Shown here piece after piece: positions 1-11,865 of a stretch of 64,000 bases of DNA. The notes under the pieces are model-generated. The model was not told the DNA's origin, made no database searches, and worked only from the letters and a program-made list of their open reading frames with translations. Position 1 is the stretch's first letter, and the number at the start of each line of letters is the position of its first letter. Origin of the DNA: Rhodospirillales bacterium (GTDB taxonomy: Bacteria; Pseudomonadota; Alphaproteobacteria; Bin95); contig JAYQLI010000035.1 in NCBI GenBank assembly GCA_038143065.1, positions 768,001-832,000 on the forward strand. The letters are read 5' to 3'. The translations under genes and the position numbers were made by a program.

Positions 1-390
1 AAGCAGCTCGCTAATTACTCGGAAATACCTCAGAATCTTATCCGGGCAATTGTCGATGCAAACAGTACTAGAAAAGACTTTATAGCCGACCAAATAATCT
101 CAAAAAAGCCAAGTATCGTAGGCGTTCATCGTCTTGTCATGAAAGCAGGCTCAGATAATTTCCGGCAATCATCAATTCAAGGCATAATGAAAAGAATTAA
201 GGCTAAAGGAATTTAAGTCATAGTTTATTAGACGAGTTTAAAGGAACATTACTTCTTTAATTCTCGTGTAATTGAAGACCTTGAAGCATTTAAAGCACAA
301 TCTGACATCATCATCGCTAATAGGCACACAAGCGAAATCGCCGATGTTGCTGACAAGGTATTCACGCGTGACTTATTCGGATCTGATTAA
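1..390 (+). pseudogene. ugd: UDP-glucose 6-dehydrogenase, 3' part, with two in-frame nonsense codons
   Basis: Frame 1 reads [30 protein letters not shown]...[40 protein letters not shown]...[14 protein letters not shown] at 214-216 and TAG at 229-231 fall at conserved Glu positions. Confidence 0.85.
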
Positions 391-556
391 AATACAGTTT
401 TAGTTACTAAAACTTTCAAGAAATAAAAATATTCGAAACCAAAACAGCCCCTCTAATCCTAATAATTTAGGAACGCTCTCATCACTAAATATTGCTAGTC
501 ACTAAACTCAGAAAACATTAGCCTACTTGTTTGGGCTGATAGCTAGGAGAAGTTGC

Positions 557-952
557 ATGTCCGAAGATCGTATGGCTAAGGGACGCAAAATTCGTCAGGA
601 ATTAATCGGCGATAAGTTAATCGGTGACATGGCAAAATCCGTTTATACTGACCCTATCATGCAAAAATTTGGGGATTATGCCACTGATGCCGTATTTGGT
701 GGCCTCTGGGGAAGGCCTGGATTAGATCTGAAAACTCGGGCTTTAATATGTGTGATTTCTGATACATCTACTGGTCGCTGGCCAGAGTTAAAGATCCATC
801 TTCGAATGGCAAGACGACAAGGCTGGACTGAAGATGAATTGTCTGAAGCGCTCCTTCACCTTTCTGGCTATGTAGGGCTTCCTCTAGTAAGAGAGGCAAT
901 GTTGATTGCTAGAGAAACATTTACTGAACTAAGCGATGAAGAAAAGGCTTAA
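557..952 (+). CDS. Carboxymuconolactone decarboxylase (CMD) family protein
   Basis: FGGLWGRPGLDLKTRALI and ELKIHL..A...GWTEDELSEALLH motifs; AGGAG upstream of ATG 557. Confidence 0.85.
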   Translation: MSEDRMAKGRKIRQELIGDKLIGDMAKSVYTDPIMQKFGDYATDAVFGGLWGRPGLDLKTRALICVISDTSTGRWPELKIHLRMARRQGWTEDELSEALLHLSGYVGLPLVREAMLIARETFTELSDEEKA

Positions 953-1409
953 AAAATACCCGCTTCAAGGCCAGAAGCAAAAGCAAGGCCAAGCTGCTCA
1001 CAATCTGTTTCAAATGCCTTGTCATATGGTCCTCTAAATATCAACGGCTCTTGCACTGCGCGCCATCGGAGACCAGTCACGATGCGCTCAACGCCCTTCT
1101 TAGCACCGGTGCCATCACTGCCGGCGCGGACATACAATGCGTAGGGCATACCTTCTTTTTAGAAATTGTCGGATAATAAATCCGGTCAAAGAAATCTTTG
1201 ACCGCTCCAGCCATGTAAGCAAGATTTTCCGTAACGCCTAGGATCAATCCATCTGCATCCAACACGTCATACGGTGTGGCTTCCATGGGCACTCGGGCTT
1301 TTATACTAATATCTAATACTTGGGGATGTTCAGCTCCTCTTCTAACAGCCTTAAACAAAGCTCGTGTGTTAAGAGATGGCGCATGAGCAATGATTAATAG
1401 TTTCTTCAA
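949..1409 (-). CDS. Flavodoxin / NAD(P)H-dependent oxidoreductase (one frameshift near 1150)
   Basis: LLIIAHAPSLNT, GVTENLAYMAGAVKDFFDRIYY, then PYALYVRAGSDGTG in the second frame. Confidence 0.8.
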
Positions 1410-1516
1410 CTTTCGCTCACCAAACAGCCGGAGAAATTGAGAAGTTCACTTTGCATGCCTGAAATAAGACAACAAATATTGAATGTTGAATTCCATGACG
1501 TGAATTATTTTTTAAC

Positions 1517-1957
1517 TCACTTTTTTTCCCTGAATTTTTTGTGACAGGCCCCACAGGTTTTTACCAAGTTCGTAAATGGCTGTTTAAGGGGTTTCTGATC
1601 TGACGCAGCATCTTTTATAGCAATGGCTCTTGTTTGAAGGTCATCTGAAATTTTTGCGAAACCATCCCAGTCTTGCCAAATAGAAGAACTTGCTTCGCTT
1701 GGTCCACCTTCACTCCCTTTTGGAAACAAATTGATAAAACTTTTCCCAGCATGCTTCTCAATTATTGAAGCATTCTCAATCACCACATTACTTGAATAGC
1801 TGTCACTGCTTAGTTGCCCTTTGATAGCCTTAACCGCAGAAGCAATTTCTTTCATTGCTTCCATTCTTTCCAATACTACCCCAGTGGCGCCCATATGTGC
1901 TTGAGCTCCGTTGACTACCAGAACTGCTAATCCTGCGAACAATAGGAATCTGCGCAT
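1517..1957 (-). CDS. Class II cytochrome c (c'/c556 type) with signal peptide
   Basis: Signal peptide MRRFLLFAGLAVLVVNGAQA, IWQDWDGF, C-terminal CGACHKKFR heme motif. Confidence 0.9.
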   Translation of the reverse strand: MRRFLLFAGLAVLVVNGAQAHMGATGVVLERMEAMKEIASAVKAIKGQLSSDSYSSNVVIENASIIEKHAGKSFINLFPKGSEGGPSEASSSIWQDWDGFAKISDDLQTRAIAIKDAASDQKPLKQPFTNLVKTCGACHKKFREKK

Positions 1958-1971
1958 AAATTCTAATCCTC

Positions 1972-2843
1972 TCAATGGCCAGTCAGTGATCGTAATGGCT
2001 TATCACCCTTAATAGTGGTCCTATGCATTAATCTACGGGTGTTTTCCTCATCAAACGGGCATGCACGATGCATAGTGGATCTGTTATCCCACATCACTAT
2101 ATCACCAGGTTGCCAAACGTGCTGATACTCAGCTTCTGGTTTTTTAGCGATTTCCATTACTTCAGCGAGCAAGTCCTGACTATCTGCTTCATTCATGCCC
2201 ACAAAGTACCTAACCCAGATGTCCGATAAAAAAAGAGCCTTCCGACCGGTCTCTGGGTGCGCCCGAACTGCAGGATGAACAATTGGTGGTGTCTTAGCTC
2301 TTTGAATTTCTGACAAAGGACCACGAATGCTGGCCATTCTCCGGTCATAACTCCACACGTAGTCATAAACCGCATCAAGCTCATCAAACATTAACTGGAG
2401 CCTTCTTGGTAAGGCATCATAAGCTGCAGCCATACTCACAAAAGCCGTTTCACCACCCTCCTCCGGACACTCAAGACATCGGAAAACAGACCCGAGACTT
2501 GGTTCTTTCAAGTATGCGAGGTCTGAGTGATATTCTTTTGCACCGCCATGTGCGCCTATGTATCTGCCGTTTTCAGTGATGTTAGAGACAACAAAAATCT
2601 CTGGGTGACCCGGCAATAAAAACTGGGTTAAGACATGTTCTTCTAGTGGACCGAAGCGTTTAGAAAATTCCACTTGATCAAGCGGTGAAATATGGCCTTG
2701 ATTTCTAATTAGCAGAACGCCTGACTCCGCAAAATCTTGCCTCAATTTTGAAAAACATCATCTGTAATTGCCTCTGAGAGATCTATACCTGAGATCTCTA
2801 AGCCAAAACACGGTGTCAGGGACCTTTTTACATAGTCGAACAT
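1972..2843 (-). CDS. TauD/TfdA family 2-oxoglutarate-dependent dioxygenase (frameshift near 2750)
   Basis: YHSD (HxD), HPAVRAHPETGRKALF, WQPGDIVMWDNRSTMHR; ATG 2843 preceded by GGAGGG. Confidence 0.9.
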
Positions 2844-3098
2844 CTGTCCCTCCAAGCAAAGGTGCTGCGCGCGCAGCTACTAGTCAAAGTATATGAACTC
2901 TACAAAACATTGTTGCTTAACTTGGAGATAAATTCAAAGCCTGGCTACAAACAGATATCAGTTTCAAGCAATCAAGGCCGTCAGATTAAAGAACTAGAAA
3001 GGCACCAACTGTTAACCAGTTTAACTGTTGCTAGTGCTGCCAAGCTCTCAACTTGGCAGGGTACCTGCGCAACAACAATAGGCCTCCCAACCGCACAC

Positions 3099-3124
3099 GA
3101 CTGATCTTTAAAGAAAGATCAGTC
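3099..3124. terminator. Perfect 11-bp hairpin just downstream of folE
   Basis: GACTGATCTTT-aaag-AAAGATCAGTC; no strong U-tract, so terminator function is uncertain. Confidence 0.4.
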
Positions 3125-3142
3125 TTAGGCTCAAGAACAGAG

Positions 3143-3762
3143 TTATTTGCCAATTAAGGTGTAGAACTCTCGCCGTAACTCTGAGTCAGATTTAAAAGCG
3201 CCCCGCATTGACGTCGTTACGGTATCTACACCAGGCATATGCACTCCTCGTGTAGTCATGCATTGGTGCTGAGCCTCTACGTAGACTGCTACACCTCTTG
3301 GCTCAAGAACAGACTCAATTGCATTAGCTATCTGAGCTGTCATAGTTTCTTGAACCTGCATGCGCTTTGAGTAAATCTCAACTACCCGCGCAAGCTTGGA
3401 AATCCCCACTACGCGATTATTGGGAAGATAAGCAACATGTGCCTTGCCAATGATAGGTACAATATGATGTTCACAGTGGCTTTCCACACGGATATCCCGC
3501 ATCAGAACAATCTCATCATACCCATCCACTTCCTCGAATGTACGAGCAAGTGCATCGATGGGGTCTTGATTGTACCCAGCAAAAAAATCATCCCATGCAC
3601 GAACAACACGACTTGGCGTATCGATTAAGCCCTCACGGGTGGGGTTATCCCCGCCCAGCGGATTAAAGTACGTACGGCGGCCTCTGCTTCCGAGCGGCTC
3701 GGACGCTCCTGGGCCAACGGGGCGGGTTCGTTCGCCGCGACGGCAAGGTTGCGATCAGTCAC
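3143..3762 (-). CDS. folE: GTP cyclohydrolase I (frameshifted 5' part)
   Basis: [42 protein letters not shown]; GTG 3762 after AAGGAG. Confidence 0.95.
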
Positions 3763-3873
3763 GAGGTCGACTAGCTCCTTCTCAAATGAGCACTAATGCT
3801 ACTTATTGGTTAAACTCATCCCTAATGTAGAACGCTACCACCTGAATTGCGAGGCCTTTTAGACAATTAGAAC

Positions 3874-5394
3874 TTAATTCGAACTCCGATTGCCAATCCG
3901 AAACAACGGTATCATGAAAAACATTACAATACTGGCGGCAGTATAAAGCGCAAAAGCATCAAGGAACCCAAGCATTTGTGCTTGTTTAGCGACACCTGAG
4001 CTGATCCGAGCCACTCCATCTGCAGCACTAATATTTGCAGCTCCACTAGCAATTGCAGCGCTTAAATTTTCATTAAAAGGATTAATGAATTCTGCAAGAC
4101 GACCGTAATTTATAGAAGATGATCGAACTAATGCAGTTACTGATAGGCTTATAAAAATGGATGAGCCTAAATTCCTTAATAAATGGAAAATTGCTGAAGT
4201 TTCCGCCAAATAAGCGGAATCAATAGTTCTAAATGTGGCAACCGTCAGTGGGGGCCACAATATACCTACCGAGTACCCCTGTAGCCCACTAGCAATGGCT
4301 ACTTCAACAAATGAAACATCGACAGAAAAAGTCATCATCCAAATGCCGGAGGCGCATTGAATTGCACAGCCAAGAGTGAGGCCAATTCTTGGATCTAACC
4401 GTCCAACCCACATAGCTGAGAAAAATCCGAGTACCGCTCCTGCCCCACGTGCGCCCAAGAGCTCTCCAATCACTTGATTAGGGTATCCCATTAAACCCTG
4501 TAACATCGGCGGAAATAAAACCATGGGGGTAAAGTTTAGCATTCCATAAACTGTCACGAAAATTAGCCCAAGGGCGTAATTACGGTCTTTCAGATGTTTA
4601 AGATTAAGGAATGGCTTCGATGTCGTAAGGCTGTGCGCGATAAAAAGATACAAAGCTAGAATAGCCAACCCAGCCTCGATTAGAATTTCTAAGCTATCGA
4701 ACCAATCTTGCCGATTACCACGATCAAGCATGAGTTGGAGAGAGCCTACCGCCACACAAAGAGTAAGAAATCCAGTCCAATCAAGTTTCGAAGGATTTCT
4801 GCTGCGACTATCCGGTATGAATAACAACAAGCCTGCAAGGCCTACTGCTGCCGCTGGTACAATCATGTAAAATGCCCAACGCCAATCATAGAGATCTGCC
4901 AAGTAACCACCGAACACTGGGCCAATCACTGGCCCAATGACTACACCCATACCAAATACAGAAGTTGCAAAAGCTTGTTTTGCCTTAGGGAATGAATCAA
5001 GAATTGTCGCCTGAGCTAAAGGAACTAACGGCGCCCCAAAAGCCCCTTGAAAAATTCGCGCTATAACCAGAAGTTCAAGATTAGGAGCTAGCGCACACGC
5101 CAACGTGGAAAACATGAAGCCAGCTTGGGCATAAATCATCGTTCTCCGGCGGCCAAAAGTACTGGCAAGCCAACCTGTCATAGGAGTGGCAACAGCTGTT
5201 GCCAGAATATTAAATGTTACAACCCACGCAATTTGATCTTGCGTAGCGGATAAAGAGCCCTGCATTTGCGGCAGGATCACACTCACCACCAGAATGGTCG
5301 TCGCATAAAGCGTTGTTGCCATTGTAGCGGATAATAAGATGAGCGCTCGTTGTAGTGGTGTATAATCTTCCGGAGCGGCCGCCTCTATCGCCAT
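3874..5394 (-). CDS. DHA2-family (EmrB/QacA) MFS efflux permease
   Basis: GSLSATQDQIAWVVT, GPVIGPVFGGYL, WRWAFY, LDRGNRQDWF; 506 aa, hydrophobic. Confidence 0.9.
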   Translation of the reverse strand: MAIEAAAPEDYTPLQRALILLSATMATTLYATTILVVSVILPQMQGSLSATQDQIAWVVTFNILATAVATPMTGWLASTFGRRRTMIYAQAGFMFSTLACALAPNLELLVIARIFQGAFGAPLVPLAQATILDSFPKAKQAFATSVFGMGVVIGPVIGPVFGGYLADLYDWRWAFYMIVPAAAVGLAGLLLFIPDSRSRNPSKLDWTGFLTLCVAVGSLQLMLDRGNRQDWFDSLEILIEAGLAILALYLFIAHSLTTSKPFLNLKHLKDRNYALGLIFVTVYGMLNFTPMVLFPPMLQGLMGYPNQVIGELLGARGAGAVLGFFSAMWVGRLDPRIGLTLGCAIQCASGIWMMTFSVDVSFVEVAIASGLQGYSVGILWPPLTVATFRTIDSAYLAETSAIFHLLRNLGSSIFISLSVTALVRSSSINYGRLAEFINPFNENLSAAIASGAANISAADGVARISSGVAKQAQMLGFLDAFALYTAASIVMFFMIPLFRIGNRSSN

Positions 5395-5415
5395 CTTCAG
5401 ACTTCCCTAATGCCC

Positions 5416-6597
5416 TTAGATAACTTCAAAAAGACCCGCGGCTCCCATGCCTCCACCCACGCACATCGTGCAGACGATATACCTGGCACCCCTGCGTTTT
5501 CCTTCGATAAGCGCATGCCCAACCATTCGTGCACCAGACATGCCATAAGGGTGACCAATTGAGATAGCCCCTCCATTAACATTAAGAAGTTCGTTTGGGA
5601 TGCCTAACTTGTCGCGACAGTAGAGGACCTGAACTGCAAACGCTTCATTTAATTCCCACAGCCCGATGTCATCCATCGTCAGTCCAAATTTCTTTAGGAG
5701 CTTCGGTACGGCAAAAATCGGACCTATACCCATCTCGTCAGGTTCACACCCTGCCACAGCAATCCCTTTATATAGTCCGAGTGGGATGATACCTCTTTTA
5801 GCAGCTTCGGCCGCTTCCATTACAACAGCAGCGCTAGCACCATCAGATAACTGGCTTGCGTTTCCAGCAGTTATTGATCCACCTTCAATAACTGGTTTGA
5901 GATTAGATAGGCCCTCTGCATTTGTATCTGGGCGGTTACCCTCGTCTTTTGTAAGCGTAACTCTTTCACGTGTAGCTGTTTTAGTCACTTTGTCAAAGAC
6001 GACTTTTTCTACGTCGATAGGAATTATTTCATCATTAAATTTACCTGCAGTCTGAGCAGCGGCTGTTCTCTGCTGTGATTGCAGTCCATATGCATCTTGA
6101 GCCTCTCGAGAAATCTGATACCGATTTGCAACTGTTTCGGCAGTTTCAAGCATCGCCATGTAAATATTGGGATGTTTGCTAACAAGGTTGGGATCTTCTG
6201 CCCGGTATGAATTACGGTGCTCGTTCTGAACTAAGCTAATCGACTCAAGGCCACCACCGACAACGATATTCATATTATCGGCAATTACCTGTTTTGCGGC
6301 TGTTGCGATCGCCATCATGCCAGAAGCGCATTGGCGGTCGATACTCATCCCGGCTACAGTAGTTGGAAGCCCACCAGCGAGAGCAGCTAAACGCCCGATG
6401 TTATATCCAGTGGAGCCCTGCTGCATTGCAGCCCCCAGTAAACAATCTTCAACCTCAGATGGATCTACTCCGGCTCTAGCAACAGCCTCATTAATCACAT
6501 GTCCTGCCAAGGAGGGCGCATCTAGGTCGTTAAAAGCACCTCGGTAGGCCTTCCCAATTGGCGTCCGAGCAGTGGATACGATAACAGCTTCTCGCAT
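5416..6597 (-). CDS. Acetyl-CoA C-acyltransferase (thiolase)
   Basis: [35 protein letters not shown]. Confidence 0.95.
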   Translation of the reverse strand: MREAVIVSTARTPIGKAYRGAFNDLDAPSLAGHVINEAVARAGVDPSEVEDCLLGAAMQQGSTGYNIGRLAALAGGLPTTVAGMSIDRQCASGMMAIATAAKQVIADNMNIVVGGGLESISLVQNEHRNSYRAEDPNLVSKHPNIYMAMLETAETVANRYQISREAQDAYGLQSQQRTAAAQTAGKFNDEIIPIDVEKVVFDKVTKTATRERVTLTKDEGNRPDTNAEGLSNLKPVIEGGSITAGNASQLSDGASAAVVMEAAEAAKRGIIPLGLYKGIAVAGCEPDEMGIGPIFAVPKLLKKFGLTMDDIGLWELNEAFAVQVLYCRDKLGIPNELLNVNGGAISIGHPYGMSGARMVGHALIEGKRRGARYIVCTMCVGGGMGAAGLFEVI

Positions 6598-6638
6598 TTT
6601 TCTCTCTTTATGCCAGCAATTTAATTGCCAGATCTTTC

Positions 6639-6980
6639 TTACAGAATTTCTAAAACAGCTTCTGGGGGCCGGCCAAGCCTTGCCTGCCCTCCGCGAATAA
6701 CGACTGGCCTTTCAATTAAAATAGGATGGTCAGCCATAGCTTGAATGCGATCTGCATCGTTATCTAGCTCAAGCTCTTTAAATACAGGTTCCTTCACCCG
6801 CATTAAATCTAACGGCTTTATATCAAGAAGTTTAATTATCTTCTTAATTTCATCGGCAGTCGGCGGAGTTTTCAAGTACTCCACAATTACAGGCTCAATA
6901 CCCTTCTCTCTGAGGAGCTCTAGCGTCAACCTTGACTTACTGCACCGAGGATTATGCCAGATACTAATCTGATCCTTCAT
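6639..6980 (-). CDS. arsC: Arsenate reductase, glutaredoxin-dependent ArsC family
   Basis: [23 protein letters not shown]. Confidence 0.85.
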   Translation of the reverse strand: MKDQISIWHNPRCSKSRLTLELLREKGIEPVIVEYLKTPPTADEIKKIIKLLDIKPLDLMRVKEPVFKELELDNDADRIQAMADHPILIERPVVIRGGQARLGRPPEAVLEIL

Positions 6981-6998
6981 TATGCAACTCCTTGTAGA

Positions 6999-9655
6999 CT
7001 AATTTGCAAGAGCCGCCTCAATTGCTGAGAGAGCCTCATTGATTTTTTCTCCATCTGGGCCACCGGCTTGTGCCATATCAGGGCGACCTCCACCACCTTT
7101 ACCGCCAACCGCAGCCGATCCAACCCTAACCAACGAGACAGCATCTAATTTGTCCTTCATATCTTCAGTAACCGCCACGACAAGAGATGCCTTACCTTCA
7201 TTTTCCGCAATAACCGCGACAACTCCGGAGCCAACTTGTGCCTTCAACGCATCTGCCATTGACTTCAGCTCCTTGGCAGGAACACCGTTTAGTGCACGGC
7301 CAATAAAACTCACCCCGCCGATGGACTTTGCTTCGGGTGCCGAGGTCCCTTCAGCTCCTCCTGCTGCCAATTTCCGCCTTAAATCTGCAGCTTCACGTTC
7401 CAGCTTTCGTCGATCTTCTATTAATTGTGCAATCCTGCCGGGAGCGTCTTCCGGCGTTGTTTTTAGCGCACCAGAAATTTCGTCCAATAAACGACGGCGT
7501 TCCACCACATAGGCTTCTGCTGCTGCACCAGTCACAGCTTCTATTCTTCTTACCCCAGAACCAACAGCGCTCTCAGACATGATAATAAAATTACCAATAT
7601 CGCCAGTGCGTGAGACATGGACACCGCCGCAAAGTTCGACAGACCATTCCTTACTACTTTCGCCTAAACTAGGGCCTCCCATAGAGACTACTCGGACTTC
7701 GTCGCCATATTTTTCGCCAAAGAGGGCCATAGCACCTGCCTCAATAGCTTGGTCAGTTGGCATTACCCGCGTTTCTACCAGGGTATTCATTCGGATCCTG
7801 TCATTAACTGCCTTTTCAACTTCCAAGATCTCATCAATAGTTATGCCCTTAGGATGAGAGATATCGAAACGCAGCCGCTCTGGTGCAACAAGGGATCCTT
7901 TTTGGGCAACATGTGCCCCGAGTGAGTCGCGAAGGGCAGCATGTAAGAGATGGGTGGCGGAATGATTGCGCTTTATATGGCTGCGACGTTCTCCATCAAC
8001 CGCAAGTTCAACCGCATCACCAATTTTTAAAATGCCTGTTTCAACTTCAACTTGATGAACCCAAAGGTCTCCAACTTTTTCTGGACATCCATTACTCTGG
8101 CTGAAACACCATCGATACCTGTAAGACGCCCACAATCCCCAATCTGGCCACCAGATTCTGCATAGAAAGGGGTTTGATTCAAAATAACCAAGCCATTTTC
8201 ATTGGGGTTCAAGCATTCAACTTCTTCGCCCCCTACAATTAAGGCACTCACAACGCCTTCTGCATTTTCCTGCGCATAACCTAAAAATTCTGTTGCTCCA
8301 AAGCGCTCGCGCATATCAAACCAGACTGCGTCATTAGCTGTATCACCAGAGCCAGCCCAAGCCTGCCGAGCAGCCGCGCGCTGCCTATCCATTGCAGCGT
8401 CGAACCCTGTAACATCTACAGTGCGGCCTTGGCCCCGCAGAATATCTTGGGTTAGGTCAAGAGGAAATCCGTATGTATCATAAAGGCGGAAGGCTGTGTC
8501 ACCATCAAGAGGCTCAGCTGCCTCCAGCTCCTCAGTCGCCTCATCAAGCAACTTTAACCCACGATCAAGCGTAACTTTAAACCGCTCCTCTTCTAGTTTA
8601 AGTGTCTCAGTAATTAGAGGAAGTGCTCGCCTTAATTCAGGATAATCATCACCCATCTCACGCGCTAAAGTCGGAGCAACCTCAAAGAGTAACGGGTCTT
8701 TTGCGCCCAACATATGGGCGTGCCGCATACCCCTCCTATTTATGCTCCGAAGCACATATCCACGCCCTTCATTCGTCGGTAGCTCGGAGTCTGCTATTAA
8801 ATAGCTAGATTCACGTAAATGATCTGCTATGACGCGATGGCTTGCTTTTTGAGAACCGTCAGGATCAATGCTGGTACGAGCAGCCACATCTTCAATAAGT
8901 GCCCGCATTAAATCTATATCGTAATTGTCGTGTTTGCCTTGCAGAACAGCCGCAACTCTCTCCAATCCCATTCCCGTATCGATTGACGGGCGAGGAAGAT
9001 CAACTCGTTCCTCTTTGGATATCTGCTCGTATTGCATAAACACGAGATTCCAGATTTCGATAAAGCGGTCACCATCCTCGTCTGGAGAACCCGGTGGGCC
9101 ACCAGGGATGTGATCACCATGATCATAAAAAATTTCTGAACAAGGACCACACGGCCCCGTATCTCCCATCGACCAGAAATTATCCGAAGTAGAAATTCGA
9201 ATAATCTTATCATCACTTAGACCAGCTATTTTTTTCCAAAGATCTGCCGCCTGCTCATCTTCCGAATAGACCGTTACTAAGAGCTTTTCTTTTGATAGAC
9301 CAAATTCCTTAGTGACAAGGTTCCAAGCGAGCTCAATGGCTAAGTCTTTAAAGTAATCCCCAAAGGAAAAATTTCCGAGCATTTCAAAAAATGTATGGTG
9401 TCGTGCTGTATACCCAACATTTTCTAAATCATTATGCTTCCCACCAGCACGCACACATTTCTGGCTGGTGACGGCGCGACTATACGGACGGTTTTCCATC
9501 CCAGTAAAGACATTCTTGAATTGCACCATTCCCGCGTTTGTGAACAACAAAGTTGGGTCATTAAGGGGCACCAGAGGGCTAGATGACACGATCTCATGAC
9601 CGTTCCGCCCAAAATAGTCGAGAAACGCCCGGCGAATTCCGTTTGCCGTTTCCAT
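6999..9655 (-). CDS. alaS: Alanine--tRNA ligase (artefactual frameshift near 8080)
   Basis: [62 protein letters not shown]. Confidence 0.97.
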
Positions 9656-9765
9656 CTCACACCTCTGTACTATGAGTCATCCAAGCTGCGATCTAGCCCG
9701 TTGAGCACTGCAGTGTCCAGAGGGTATCACCTCAAAACTATGCCTTAATTAGATCAAAAAACCAA

Positions 9766-10857
9766 TCATAGAGCACCATCAGCCTCTCCATCATCGTCTT
9801 CTTCAGTTGGGTCTCCAATCATCATTTTTTCGGCGACCAATCCTGCGTTCTGACGAATACGGGTATCAATTATTTTAGCGATATCTTCGTTTTGGCTAAG
9901 GAAGGTTTTGGCATTTTCACGTCCTTGTCCCAACCGCTCACCATCAAAAGAGAACCACGAACCTGATTTTTCGACGATATTTGCCTTCACACCAAGGTCT
10001 ATCAGCTCGCCTGTCTTAGAGACGCCTTGACCATACATGATGTCAAACTCAACTGTCTTAAATGGAGGCGCCACCTTATTTTTCACCACACGCACTCTTG
10101 TTTGGTTCCCAACCACTTCGTCGCGATCCTTGATTTGGCCAATACGACGGATATCTAGGCGAACTGAAGAATAAAACTTCAGCGCATTACCACCAGTAGT
10201 TGTTTCCGGGCTTCCAAACATTACACCAATCTTCATACGAATTTGGTTAATGAAAATTACCAAGGTACGACTTTTGGAAATTGAGGCTGTTAGTTTGCGC
10301 AAGGCCTGGCTCATTAGCCGAGCTTGCAATCCAGGAAGGGAGTCACCCATTTCACCTTCGATTTCGGCGCGTGGTGTTAGGGCCGCAACACTGTCTACGA
10401 CCAATACATCGACTGCCTGCGAGCGTACTAATGTATCTGCAATCTCAAGGGCCTGCTCCCCCGTATCGGGCTGAGCAATCAAAAGCTCCTCCACATCTGC
10501 ACCAAGTTTCCGAGCATAAACCGGGTCTAAAGCGTGTTCAGCATCAACAAACGCGGCAACACCACCAAGCTTTTGCGCCTCTGCAAGTATATGCAGGGCA
10601 AGTGTCGTTTTGCCAGAACTTTCGGGCCCATAAATTTCGATGATACGACCACGAGGTACGCCACCTACACCAAGAGCAATATCTAAGCCAAGAGACCCAG
10701 TTGAAATGGCCTCAATCTCCATGGATTTCTGTTCACCTAACTTCATAATTGAGCCTTTCCCAAAGGCGCGCTCAATCTGGCCAAGTGCTGCTTCTAAAGC
10801 TTTTTGTTTTTCCATATCAGGGCTCTTCTCTACTAATCGAAGTGGGGAATCGATCAT
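9766..10857 (-). CDS. recA: Recombinase RecA
   Basis: [37 protein letters not shown]. Confidence 0.99.
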   Translation of the reverse strand: MIDSPLRLVEKSPDMEKQKALEAALGQIERAFGKGSIMKLGEQKSMEIEAISTGSLGLDIALGVGGVPRGRIIEIYGPESSGKTTLALHILAEAQKLGGVAAFVDAEHALDPVYARKLGADVEELLIAQPDTGEQALEIADTLVRSQAVDVLVVDSVAALTPRAEIEGEMGDSLPGLQARLMSQALRKLTASISKSRTLVIFINQIRMKIGVMFGSPETTTGGNALKFYSSVRLDIRRIGQIKDRDEVVGNQTRVRVVKNKVAPPFKTVEFDIMYGQGVSKTGELIDLGVKANIVEKSGSWFSFDGERLGQGRENAKTFLSQNEDIAKIIDTRIRQNAGLVAEKMMIGDPTEEDDDGEADGAL

Positions 10858-10915
10858 TTGTACCTCCATATTCACACAGTCAACGGCCTGAAACCAGCAA
10901 ACATTTTAAACATTT

Positions 10916-10951
10916 GTACTATTAATGTTCTCTTTTGGTCAATATTTGTTC
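10916..10951 (-). promoter_or_regulatory. Alphaproteobacterial LexA (SOS) boxes upstream of recA
   Basis: Plus strand GTAC-tattaat-GTTC (10916-10930, GAAC-N7-GTAC on the coding strand) and a second imperfect GGTC-aatattt-GTTC (10937-10951). Confidence 0.8.
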
Positions 10952-11106
10952 TCATTTTAAAAACAAATAGGCCGGTTGCATATGTGAACAAATTTAAAAA
11001 ATTGCTCTGTTGGCAGAGCAGGAAAAATAATTGCTCAAATAATTCTCTATTACCGCGAAGCCGAATAACTAATGAAAGTCACATTCATAAGTACTGCGAC
11101 ACGACC

Positions 11107-11832
11107 TTAATGATACTCGATAGCCTCTACACCATAACGACTAATTAAAGCTGGTACTGGGGCATTGACTTGCTGTGGAAAATTAACCTCCTGATCGATA
11201 AGGCTTAGAGCTGTTTCAAGTGCTCCCCGAGTTGGTGAGGGAGTCCTAGGCATGTTCATGGCATCGCGAATTGGTATCCATTGTAAGTCCACCAACTCTC
11301 CTGACCCGCCTATTTCGCCATGAGCTAAACTTGCATCAACTATGAAAAATCGCGCATCAAATCGACGAAAATTATCAGGAGGAGTAACTGCTCTAAACAG
11401 ATAATCGAGACCGTCTAGTGCCGGAGCGAAGCCAGTATCGAAAAACTGACGCCAATCTTTAGCTAAACTGCTTGGATCAACCTGCTCTTTTAAACGCCGA
11501 CCGAGCACCAGACCTGTTTCCTCAAATGTTTCTCTGATCGCCGCCAAAGCCAAAGCTCTTGCTCTTCGAGCACTAACACGCCCCTTTCGGCGCAAACGGT
11601 GCATGGTTTCTGAGGCTAACTCGCCCGAGGCTGGCGGAGTGTGATCATCTGGATCAAGTCTCCCGCCAGGAAAAACAAGTGTGTTAGGCATAAATTTATG
11701 CGCTGCGCTACGATACCCCATCAGAACAGTCGGCTCTTTTTCACGCCTTATAATTACGGCTGTTGCAGCATCAATCGGCTTCGGGAGCGGAGCGCCTTCT
11801 GGACGTCTTTGAGAGGGATCAAGTTTTCGCAT
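11107..11832 (-). CDS. NUDIX hydrolase
   Basis: FMPNTLVFPGGRLD, AAIRETFEETG Nudix box, RRFDARFF. Confidence 0.9.
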   Translation of the reverse strand: MRKLDPSQRRPEGAPLPKPIDAATAVIIRREKEPTVLMGYRSAAHKFMPNTLVFPGGRLDPDDHTPPASGELASETMHRLRRKGRVSARRARALALAAIRETFEETGLVLGRRLKEQVDPSSLAKDWRQFFDTGFAPALDGLDYLFRAVTPPDNFRRFDARFFIVDASLAHGEIGGSGELVDLQWIPIRDAMNMPRTPSPTRGALETALSLIDQEVNFPQQVNAPVPALISRYGVEAIEYH

Positions 11833-11865
11833 TAATCCAAGCTAAATCCATAAACTTGTTCAGTG

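Noticed and set aside
214-231. Stop-codon reassignment (TAA/TAG to Glu) suggested by ugd
   Set aside because: TAA and TAG end many conserved genes normally in this window, including ugd itself.
3763-3873. THF-II (folE motif) riboswitch upstream of folE
   Set aside because: I could not find the CCGUUCAACUCG...ACGGGAG core or an equivalent stem.
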